A stretch of 64,000 bases of DNA, taken from positions 1 to 64,000 of the IMG/VR virus record IMGVR_UViG_3300032224_000809; one strand, written 5' to 3'. A program made the position numbers and the translations under genes. Under the pieces are notes generated by a model. That model had not been told where the DNA came from, made no database searches, and saw only the letters and a program-made list of their open reading frames with translations. Position 1 is the stretch's first letter, and each line of letters begins with the position of its first letter. This stretch comes from a virus. Of the stretch, positions 16,965-25,159 are shown one piece after another.

Positions 16965-17429
16965 GTGATCACTTTGGCTACAGTCAATAAAGACTTCAAA
17001 GTAAAAAATGGACTACAGGTCGCAGGAACTGCAGTTTTCGGGGGAACAGTACAGGTAGCAACACCAGTATCTGCTTCTGATGCAGCAACAAAGGCATATG
17101 TAGATTCAAAATCAAGTCAAATGGCTTCAGGTGCAATCGCTCCTTCCAACCCAACAGCGGGTGCACTTTGGCTAGACTCTCTAACTAATAGAGTTAATGT
17201 TTATTCTTCAGCAGGATGGGTAACACTTGCTGCAATTGATGACACATTAGATCTACCACAGCACATCCACGATACAGCAATCGATGGTACAGGATTTATT
17301 GTTTCACAATTCCGCAGTGGCGGAAGTTTCAATAGTCCGCAAGGATCAGGTCTCGATGGAGGATCTCCAAGTTCAACTACTTGGGACGTTTCATTCGATG
17401 GTGGTTCAGCAGTAGATAACTTCAATTAA
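16965..17429 (+). CDS. short tail fibre-associated protein
   Basis: N-terminus TVNKDFKVKNGL shared with 14975; AATKAYVD. Confidence 0.65.
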   Translation: MITLATVNKDFKVKNGLQVAGTAVFGGTVQVATPVSASDAATKAYVDSKSSQMASGAIAPSNPTAGALWLDSLTNRVNVYSSAGWVTLAAIDDTLDLPQHIHDTAIDGTGFIVSQFRSGGSFNSPQGSGLDGGSPSSTTWDVSFDGGSAVDNFN

Positions 17430-17488
17430 AAATTGATGTTATAATAGTACAGAAAGACATCCGCAGAACGGATAAAAGGAGAATATAA

Positions 17489-18901
17489 ATGGCAACTAGA
17501 ATGCAACAGCGCAGAGGAACTGCAGCCCAATGGACGGCAGCAGATCCAATTTTAGCAGCAGGAGAAATTGGGTTTGAAACAGACACCAGCCAGTTCAAAA
17601 TGGGCGATGGCGTTAATGCATGGTCAACTCTCTCCTACTTTAAGAACTTAGAAGACTTGGGTGGTACTCTTGATGATTACATCCCACTAACCCAAAAGGG
17701 TGCAACCAATGGTGTAGTCCCTCTTGATGGCTCAGGTAAGATTCCAATTGGATACCTTACAAACCTTATTGCAAACGCACCAGAAGCACTTGATACACTT
17801 AAAGAACTTGCAGATGCAGTTACTTATGTTACAAATCAAGTTTCTGGACATAATGGAACAACAACAAATGTTCACGGTATCGCAAATACAGGAGCACTTG
17901 CTACAACTACAGCAGTTACTACAGCAATTGCGACACACGAAGCAGATACAACAAATGTTCACGGAATTGCAGATACATCAGTACTTGAAACAACATCTGG
18001 AGCACAAACTAAGGCCAATGCAGCAGCACTTGCTGAAGTAAATGCTCACAAGGTAATCACAACTTCAGTACACGGAATTGCTGATACAGCACTTCTTGCT
18101 ACAAAGGTATATGCCGATGCAGTAGGAACAACAGAGGCTTCAAGCCGTGCAACAGCAATCTCAACACATAATTCAGCAACAGCAAACGTACACGGAATTT
18201 CTGATACATCTGCTCTTGCTACAAAGACATATGCTGATGGTAATGTTACAACACACAACTCAGCAACAACAAGCGTACACGGAATTGCAGATACTTCACT
18301 TCTTGCAACTAAGTCATACGTAGATACAGCAGATGCTCTTAAGGCAGCGCTTGCATCACCAGCATTCACTGGCACACCAACTGCTCCAACAGCAACAGCA
18401 GGAACAAATACTACACAGGTAGCAACAACAGCGTTCGTAGGAACAGCAGTTTCAGCACTCGTAGCATCTGCTCCAGCAGCACTTGACACACTTAATGAGT
18501 TGGCAGCAGCGCTTGGTAGCGATGCAAACTTCTCAACAACAATGACAAATGCTCTTGCTCTAAAGGCAAGCAAGGCTGAACTTTCAGCAGCAACTGTCGC
18601 ATCATTTAATAACAAGACAACTTCTTACACACCAGTACTTTCAGATGAAGGAAATGTAATTGAAATGGATTCTGCTTCAGCAAATTCTGTTACAATTCCA
18701 CCAAACTCATCAGTAGCATTTACAATTGGTTCATCAATCGATGTATTCCAAAAGGGTACAGGCCAGACAACAATCGTTGCAGGTGCAGGAGTTACAGTTC
18801 TTAATACACCAGGACTCAAGTTCCGTGATCGTTACTCAATGGCAACATTGATCAAGCGTGATACAAATACTTGGATCGTTTCTGGCGACTTGACAGCGTA
18901 A
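17489..18901 (+). CDS. tail fibre with Mtd_N/hyaluronidase-N-like start, HGIADT repeats and shared C-terminal domain
   Basis: QRRGTAAQW...GEIGFETDT..FK.GDG; five H-x7-HGI repeats; ends ATLIKRDTNTWIVSGDLTA. Confidence 0.8.
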   Translation: MATRMQQRRGTAAQWTAADPILAAGEIGFETDTSQFKMGDGVNAWSTLSYFKNLEDLGGTLDDYIPLTQKGATNGVVPLDGSGKIPIGYLTNLIANAPEALDTLKELADAVTYVTNQVSGHNGTTTNVHGIANTGALATTTAVTTAIATHEADTTNVHGIADTSVLETTSGAQTKANAAALAEVNAHKVITTSVHGIADTALLATKVYADAVGTTEASSRATAISTHNSATANVHGISDTSALATKTYADGNVTTHNSATTSVHGIADTSLLATKSYVDTADALKAALASPAFTGTPTAPTATAGTNTTQVATTAFVGTAVSALVASAPAALDTLNELAAALGSDANFSTTMTNALALKASKAELSAATVASFNNKTTSYTPVLSDEGNVIEMDSASANSVTIPPNSSVAFTIGSSIDVFQKGTGQTTIVAGAGVTVLNTPGLKFRDRYSMATLIKRDTNTWIVSGDLTA

Positions 18902-18932
18902 TACAAATTTAATAAGAAAAAAGGAGATATAA

Positions 18933-20288
18933 ATGGCAACTATTCGTAGAGGTGGTAAAGCAGGTAAATCTGCTAAGGCTGCAGTAAGTTTTTGGGGAGT
19001 AGCCCCAGGGCAACCTTACATCGTAAGCGTAGTCCCAGGTTTTGGTGGAGCATATTTCTCATCAACAGCCGTGATTACATTCAATAAGAATGCTATGGGT
19101 GCCACTCCTTCTTCTTATACAATTTTCGCTAACTCAGTATATGGAACTACTACATTCACAGCAACGTCTTCACCATTTACAGTTACAGGTTTAAGAGCAG
19201 GTACAGCATACGCATTCACAATTCTTGCAAATGCTCCAGTTGGTCAGGCAGCAACAGCAACAACATCTGTAGCGTCTTCACAGAGTAACGCAGATATAAA
19301 GTCTGTTCCTGATGCTCCAACAGGAGTTACAGCATCATCACCATCAGGTGCAACATATGACACAGTGTCATGGTCAGCACCAGCAGATAACGGTGGAGAA
19401 GCAATTACTAACTATCAGATTGAATCTTCTGACGGAAAGTCTGCTACAGTAAATGCTCTTACAACAAATATTGCACAAGAAGCAGGAACAGCACAGACAT
19501 ACCGTGTTAGAGCCTACAATGCTCAGGGTTGGTCAGAATGGTCTGCATGGTCAGCATCTGTTACAACATTCTCATTTGTGCCGTTCTCAGTATTCGGATT
19601 CTCCCCATTCGGAGTATTTGGATTCTCACCATTCGGCGTGTTCGGATTCTCTCCATTCGGATTCTCTCCGTTCGGTGTATTCGGATTCTCTCCGTTCGGT
19701 GTATTTGGGTTCTCACCATTTGGTTTCTCACCATTCGGAGTATTTGGATTCTCACCATTCGGTGTATTCGGATTCTCTCCAGGAGGAGGATGTATTGCTC
19801 CTGATACACTAGTATCAGTTGTTGGTCCAGAAGACACATACATTCAGATTCCTGCAAAGGATGTTGTTACTGGACAAGAAGTATGGGCACACTCATTTGA
19901 TGAAATGATAGATGAAACTGTTGCTGATCCAATGACACTTGCTTTTGATAAATTGACAAACCAAGCAATTGTTAAGACAAACGTTGCATCTGTTGTTGAA
20001 AAAGAAATGCCAGCAACATTGACAATTAACGGGGACTCAACAAAGAAGTATTCAACTGTACAGGGAATTCTATATAAGCGTAATGGAATCTATGGATACA
20101 TTAGTACAGGACTTCTAGAAGTTGGAGACTATGTAATGGAATATGATTACAATTTTCATGCTTTCAATGAGATTCTAGTAACATCAATTGAAATTGATGA
20201 AACTCCATCAACAGTTTATAAGTTTGACATGGAACCAGCAGATACATTTATTGCTGGAAACATGGTAGTACACAATCGTAAGTCATGA
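18933..20288 (+). CDS. FN3 domains + FSPFGVFG array + C-terminal Hint/BIL domain protein
   Basis: PDAPTGV...WSAPADNGG.AITNY...YRVRAYN FN3; GGG|CIAPDTLV; TFIAGNMVVHN terminus. Confidence 0.85.
   Translation: MATIRRGGKAGKSAKAAVSFWGVAPGQPYIVSVVPGFGGAYFSSTAVITFNKNAMGATPSSYTIFANSVYGTTTFTATSSPFTVTGLRAGTAYAFTILANAPVGQAATATTSVASSQSNADIKSVPDAPTGVTASSPSGATYDTVSWSAPADNGGEAITNYQIESSDGKSATVNALTTNIAQEAGTAQTYRVRAYNAQGWSEWSAWSASVTTFSFVPFSVFGFSPFGVFGFSPFGVFGFSPFGFSPFGVFGFSPFGVFGFSPFGFSPFGVFGFSPFGVFGFSPGGGCIAPDTLVSVVGPEDTYIQIPAKDVVTGQEVWAHSFDEMIDETVADPMTLAFDKLTNQAIVKTNVASVVEKEMPATLTINGDSTKKYSTVQGILYKRNGIYGYISTGLLEVGDYVMEYDYNFHAFNEILVTSIEIDETPSTVYKFDMEPADTFIAGNMVVHNRKS
19569..19790 (+). repeat. FSPFG(VFG) peptide array with 8-8-5 higher-order period
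   Basis: Nine FSP units; synonymous codons differ between units. Confidence 0.95.
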
Positions 20289-20293
20289 TGTAA

Positions 20294-21010
20294 TTGCTTT
20301 ACCATCATCATGCGCCAAGGACTTCAGGCCTATTCATTAGATCTGCGGTCCATTTGGCTTTTCAGACCAATAAACTAAAATCAGCAATTGTTTATCATGA
20401 TAGGGCCATTAGTCCAGACATGTTTAAAGATGTTGAGTTTATTTCTGGACACTTAGGGAACTATCCTAATCTATTTATTAAAGATTTAAAATCTTTTACA
20501 ATATTAAGAGATCCAGTTGAGAGGTTTATTAGTTGGTTCTTTTTCATGTATGAAAACTCCAGAAGTTTTGAGGAACTTGAAAAAATATTTGACCAGTGGC
20601 TATATAACCCAGAGATATATCCATACCTTTCAGACATGCAAACAAAATTTTTGACGGGAACTGTAGATGAAGCAGGATTTAACAGCACTAAAAGCATAAT
20701 GGATAAAACCATGAATGAGTGGTTTCTTAAAGATTATTCGTTTGATGAGTCAGTAATGCAGGACAAAGTTGACTCTATTGGTTGTTATACAGTGGAGACC
20801 AGAGATATACTATTAGATGACATAATTAGGTATATGGGTAAAACATATGGCTTTGTCCCAAACTTTCAGCACAGACATATGATGTTTAACTCAAGCACAT
20901 CTAAAAGGTTTGACATAACTGATAAAATGATTAACAGGATTAAAGAACTAAACCAGCATGATATAATTTTATATGAGATGGCAAAAAAGTCTAATCCAAA
21001 GCCACTTTAA
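20294..21010 (+). CDS. sulfotransferase-family protein
   Basis: HAPRTSG (HIPKTAG-like 5'-PSB loop), SGH, LRDPVERFISWF (3'-PB), ELNQHDIILY. Confidence 0.75.
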   Translation: MLYHHHAPRTSGLFIRSAVHLAFQTNKLKSAIVYHDRAISPDMFKDVEFISGHLGNYPNLFIKDLKSFTILRDPVERFISWFFFMYENSRSFEELEKIFDQWLYNPEIYPYLSDMQTKFLTGTVDEAGFNSTKSIMDKTMNEWFLKDYSFDESVMQDKVDSIGCYTVETRDILLDDIIRYMGKTYGFVPNFQHRHMMFNSSTSKRFDITDKMINRIKELNQHDIILYEMAKKSNPKPL

Positions 21011-21050
21011 GCAATATGGTATACTAGTATAAATAGCAAAGGGAGCAGTA

Positions 21051-21716
21051 ATGAACATGAATCAATATCCAACCGATATTCAGAGTGTGAGCAAGTCCAC
21101 TCAGCCACATAAGTTTTTTGAAAGATATCTTAACAATAACCTATCGGTCCTAGCATCAGAACTACAGGATAGATATGAAAAGATTGAAAAAGCAAAAGTT
21201 GTAGGCGTAACTCCAGTAGGTGCTAACGAAGCCTGGAAGCAGTCAAATAGTGTATCAACAATGAAGTGGAGACAGTATAATGTTTTCCAATTCCACTCAA
21301 CTGGTATTTATAATTTGTACAAATCGGTAAAAGATATGACAATTGAAGCATGCGACTACTACGGTATTGATTTTGAAAAAGAAAAGTTTATGCTTCAGGG
21401 ATGGTTTAATATTACTCATGCTGGTAAGGGTAAACTTGATTGGCATGATCATGGTCCAACTGGTGCTCCAAACTTTCATGGGTACTACTCTGTAAGTGCA
21501 GAGCCTTCAATTACCTACTACAAGGTTTTTGATAAGGAGATTGAGAATCATAACAAGAATGATCGTGCAATCCTTTCTGAAATGGGGCATCCACACTCTA
21601 TGGCCGATTGGGACTGGGAAGGTCCAAGAATTACAGTTGCCTATGACGTTATTCCATTAAGAGATATTCAAAAGTTTGGAATGGATCAAGAGCAACATTG
21701 GATTCCACTAGCATGA
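21051..21716 (+). CDS. putative 2OG-Fe(II) oxygenase (TIGR02466-like cupin)
   Basis: WFN...HDH...GYY...H...RITVAYD. Confidence 0.7.
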   Translation: MNMNQYPTDIQSVSKSTQPHKFFERYLNNNLSVLASELQDRYEKIEKAKVVGVTPVGANEAWKQSNSVSTMKWRQYNVFQFHSTGIYNLYKSVKDMTIEACDYYGIDFEKEKFMLQGWFNITHAGKGKLDWHDHGPTGAPNFHGYYSVSAEPSITYYKVFDKEIENHNKNDRAILSEMGHPHSMADWDWEGPRITVAYDVIPLRDIQKFGMDQEQHWIPLA

Positions 21717-22348
21717 TAGCAATGGCAAAACCAAGTCACAAGTTTTTTGAAAGACATTTAAGTCTAGATCTTCCAAAACTCGAAACATCTCTTTTGAGTC
21801 TTAAAGAAAGACTTTCTTCTGAAAATGTTCCAGGGGTAAAAAATAAAGACTATGAGTCAGTAGATAAAGCATCATTTACTACTCAACTAGGAGAGAAGTA
21901 TAATATCTTTCAGTTTCATGATGAGAATATTAGAGCACTTTATTCTTCAATTAGAGACATGGTTTTAGAAGCCTGTGACTACTATGGTATTAATGCTAAA
22001 GATCAAAACTATATGATTCAGGGATGGTTTAATGCTGATAAAAATAGCAAGCCAGAGCCACTACCAAATACATATCTTCATGACCATTTAAACGGTCAAG
22101 GAGCACCAGATTTTCATGGATACTACTGCGTTAATGCAGAGCCTTCATATACAAAGTATATGATTTCAGGAGAGACAGAGTTTTTGAATGTTAATGTTAA
22201 TAACCGTGCAATCCTTTCTGAAACTGGACATGCTCATGGTATTAGCAACTGGCCTTTTGAAAAAGACAGAATCACAATTGCTTATGATGTGTCTCCATTG
22301 CAAAATATGAAAGGCTCACCAGAACAGCATTGGGTTCCAATCCTATGA
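21713..22348 (+). CDS. putative 2OG-Fe(II) oxygenase, paralog of 21051
   Basis: Same HKFFER, YN.FQFH, HDH, RAILSE, RITIAYD and EQHW blocks; ATGA overlap. Confidence 0.7.
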   Translation: MIAMAKPSHKFFERHLSLDLPKLETSLLSLKERLSSENVPGVKNKDYESVDKASFTTQLGEKYNIFQFHDENIRALYSSIRDMVLEACDYYGINAKDQNYMIQGWFNADKNSKPEPLPNTYLHDHLNGQGAPDFHGYYCVNAEPSYTKYMISGETEFLNVNVNNRAILSETGHAHGISNWPFEKDRITIAYDVSPLQNMKGSPEQHWVPIL

Positions 22349-22488
22349 TTAAAAACTTTATTCGTCATCTATTAGGATACAGATCAATAGTACAAAAATG
22401 TCCTGTAACTGGAATAGAACAAACTATAACATTTAATAAACTTACTAAAAAAACAAAAGATGCACACAGAGGTATGAGTTTTAACTAA
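22345..22488 (+). CDS. small basic protein with CPVTG motif, 47 aa
   Basis: Manual translation MIKNFIRHLLGYRSIVQKCPVTGIEQ...; ATGA overlap with the upstream oxygenase. Confidence 0.5.
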   Translation: MIKNFIRHLLGYRSIVQKCPVTGIEQTITFNKLTKKTKDAHRGMSFN

Positions 22489-22577
22489 CTCTCAATAACA
22501 CCTTTAGGTAGAGTTTTGTTTTTTTGAAAACTCTGCTATACTTAACACTTAATCCGTTTTTGAAAGGACGATAATAC

Positions 22578-24608
22578 ATGTCAGATTTCTTTAGTTTTAG
22601 GCTTCCAGAAGACTTTGTTGAAAAATATAAAAGCGTTGAAAGCCCTTTTGGCTTTAAAGATGCAGCAGAGAATTCACTTGGAGAGATCACCTTTATCAGG
22701 ACATACTCCAGAATGAAAGAAGATGGAACTAAAGAGCGATGGCACGAAGTTTGTCGTCGAGTAATCGAGGGTATGTATTCAGTTCAAAAGAATCATGCTA
22801 AAGAGAACCGTTTACCCTGGAATGATTATAAGGCTCAGAAATCTGCACAAGAGGCTTTTGATAGAATGTTTAATTTAAAGTGGACTCCACCAGGACGTGG
22901 TATGTGGGCTTTTGGTACTCCCATGGTTATGGAAAAGAAAAATTCAGCAGCACTTCAAAATTGTGCAATGGTTTCAACAAAGGACCTTGACAAAAATGAT
23001 CCAGGGGCTTTGTTTGCTTGGGTTATGGATGCCCTTATGCTTGGTATTGGTGTAGGATTTGATACAGTTGGACAGGATAAGAATTTCTCAATCTATGCCC
23101 CGACAGAACCTGAACAGGTGTTTGAAATTCCAGACACTCGTGAAGGCTGGGTCGAGTCAGTTAGAATTCTTATCAACTCCTATTTAAGAGCAAATCAAAG
23201 TATTCAAAAGTTTAACTACGACCTCATCAGACCCCTTGGTTCGGCCATTAAGGGCTTTGGAGGCGTTGCATCAGGGCCTGCACCTCTTATCAAGTTGCAT
23301 GACCATATAGACCGTGTAATCGGCTCCAGAGCAGGTGAAACACTAGACTCTCGTGCCATTGTAGATTTAGTAAATCTTATTGGTACTTGCGTAGTATCAG
23401 GCAACGTTCGCAGATCCGCAACCCTTGCCTTGGGGAGTGAGGGGGATGAAACATTCATGAACTTAAAGAATTCAGAAATGTTCCCAGAGCGTAATTCATT
23501 TGATTCAGATAATCCAGGATGGGCATGGATGTCTAATAATTCTATTTCAGCAGAAGTAGGAACAAAGTATGAAGACTATGTAGATTTAATTACAGAAAAC
23601 GGAGAACCAGGTTTTATCTGGCTTGACGTTGCTCGTAATTATGGCAGACTAAAGGATGCGCCAGATGGAAAAGACTATCGTGTGATGGGCTTTAATCCAT
23701 GTGCGGAGCAGCCATTAGAGTCTTACGAATTATGTACACTTGTAGAAGTGCATTTAAATCGTCATGACTCTAAGGAGGATTTCCTGCGTACCCTGAAGTT
23801 TGCATACCTATATGGAAAAACTGTAACTCTTGTTCCAACACATTGGCAACAGACAAACGGAATTATGCAACGTAATCGTCGCATTGGTACATCGCTCACA
23901 GGCATTGCATCTTTTGCAGATCTAAAGGGCTTGCCAACAGTTCGTGAATGGATGGATGAGGGATATAACAAAATTCGTCATTACGACAATCAGTATTCTG
24001 AATGGCTATGTGTTCGTGAATCAATTCGTGTAACAACAGTCAAGCCATCAGGATCAGTTTCAATTCTTTCTGGTGCAACTCCTGGAGTTCACTGGGGTCC
24101 TGGAGGAGAGTTCTTCCTTCGTGCTATTCGTTTTGGAAATACAGATCCAATGGTTCATTTGTTTAAAGCAGCGGGATACAAGATTGAAAATGATGTAGTG
24201 TCAGCAAATACATCCGTAGTATATTTCCCAATTAAGTCAGGTCATCCAAGATCTGAAAAAGATGTTACTTTATTTGAGAAGATTGCTCTTGCAGCAACTG
24301 CTCAGAAGTACTGGTCTGATAATGGGGTTTCTGTAACACTTTCATTTGACAAGGAAACAGAGTCAAAGCATGTTGTTCCAGCACTACATATGTACGAGGG
24401 ACAATTAAAGGCAGTATCATTCCTTCCAATGGGAAATCACACATACCCACAACAACCATATACTCAGATCTCTGAACAGGAGTATAATAGTCACGTAGGT
24501 AAGTTAAAGCATATTGACTTTGGGGCAATTTACGATGGTGTAGACAACCTAGAAGCAATGGGCGAGGCATACTGTACAACAGACTACTGCGAGATAAAGG
24601 TGAAATAA
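22578..24608 (+). CDS. nrdJ: class II (adenosylcobalamin-dependent) ribonucleotide reductase
   Basis: PPGRG, NC, GNVRRSA, NPCAEQ.L...ELC, TVKPSG, C-terminal CTTDYC. Confidence 0.93.
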   Translation: MSDFFSFRLPEDFVEKYKSVESPFGFKDAAENSLGEITFIRTYSRMKEDGTKERWHEVCRRVIEGMYSVQKNHAKENRLPWNDYKAQKSAQEAFDRMFNLKWTPPGRGMWAFGTPMVMEKKNSAALQNCAMVSTKDLDKNDPGALFAWVMDALMLGIGVGFDTVGQDKNFSIYAPTEPEQVFEIPDTREGWVESVRILINSYLRANQSIQKFNYDLIRPLGSAIKGFGGVASGPAPLIKLHDHIDRVIGSRAGETLDSRAIVDLVNLIGTCVVSGNVRRSATLALGSEGDETFMNLKNSEMFPERNSFDSDNPGWAWMSNNSISAEVGTKYEDYVDLITENGEPGFIWLDVARNYGRLKDAPDGKDYRVMGFNPCAEQPLESYELCTLVEVHLNRHDSKEDFLRTLKFAYLYGKTVTLVPTHWQQTNGIMQRNRRIGTSLTGIASFADLKGLPTVREWMDEGYNKIRHYDNQYSEWLCVRESIRVTTVKPSGSVSILSGATPGVHWGPGGEFFLRAIRFGNTDPMVHLFKAAGYKIENDVVSANTSVVYFPIKSGHPRSEKDVTLFEKIALAATAQKYWSDNGVSVTLSFDKETESKHVVPALHMYEGQLKAVSFLPMGNHTYPQQPYTQISEQEYNSHVGKLKHIDFGAIYDGVDNLEAMGEAYCTTDYCEIKVK

Positions 24609-25138
24609 TGGAGGACTACGTGTCACAGATACATCACATTAAAGGTTTTATGAATGCAGATGATGCTGCAAAGATTTATGATCATGCAAAAAAATTTCCT
24701 GATGGGTTTACAATGCATGGAAATAATGAAAAAGAATTTAAGGTCTATACGTATCATGGAATTGAAGCAAATGATCCAGCAATCTTAGAGTTAATGCAAG
24801 AGTATGCCTTAAAAGTTTATGATCATGTTTTGACAACCTATGGAGAATCTTTTGAACCATTTAATCCTCACAAGACGCATATTGCAAAGTTTGAAGAAGG
24901 TCATGGAATGCATGAGCATTTTGACTCTTCAAGACCAAACGACATAGCCACTCTTGTGTATTTAAATGATGACTATGAAGGTGGAGAAATTTATTTCCCA
25001 GATTATCAAATTTCCATTAAACCAGAGCCAGGAGATTTACTTTGTTTTCCAGATCAGCCTAGATATGTTCATGGGGTAAAAGAAATAATTTCTGGAACAA
25101 GGTTCACAACACCACGTTGGTTTACCCGCATTGTGTGA
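24608..25138 (+). CDS. 2OG-Fe(II) oxygenase
   Basis: HFD...YLNDDYEGGE...HGV...R. Confidence 0.88.
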   Translation: MEDYVSQIHHIKGFMNADDAAKIYDHAKKFPDGFTMHGNNEKEFKVYTYHGIEANDPAILELMQEYALKVYDHVLTTYGESFEPFNPHKTHIAKFEEGHGMHEHFDSSRPNDIATLVYLNDDYEGGEIYFPDYQISIKPEPGDLLCFPDQPRYVHGVKEIISGTRFTTPRWFTRIV

Positions 25139-25159
25139 TAAAATAGACTAGGAGAACCT

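Noticed and set aside
15088-18819. Gln/Leu-rich and antisense ORFs within fibre genes
   Set aside because: Artefacts of GCA/ACA codon bias in Ala/Thr-rich genes
17489-18901. Diversity-generating retroelement suggested by the Mtd_N-like N-terminus
   Set aside because: No reverse transcriptase and no TR/VR pair differing at adenines was seen in the window
19453-19857. Alternative-frame ORFs such as (PNGENPNT)n
   Set aside because: Shadows of the FSPFGVFG array; third-position variation is synonymous only in the main frame
10942-20288. Hint domains as classical selfish inteins
   Set aside because: They are C-terminal, lack an endonuclease, have Met/Arg at +1 and only 3-4 trailing residues; no inteins are evident in nrdJ, dnaB, dnaE or recA
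22488-22577. Cobalamin riboswitch upstream of nrdJ
   Set aside because: The leader after the -10 is only about 30 nt and lacks the B12 box
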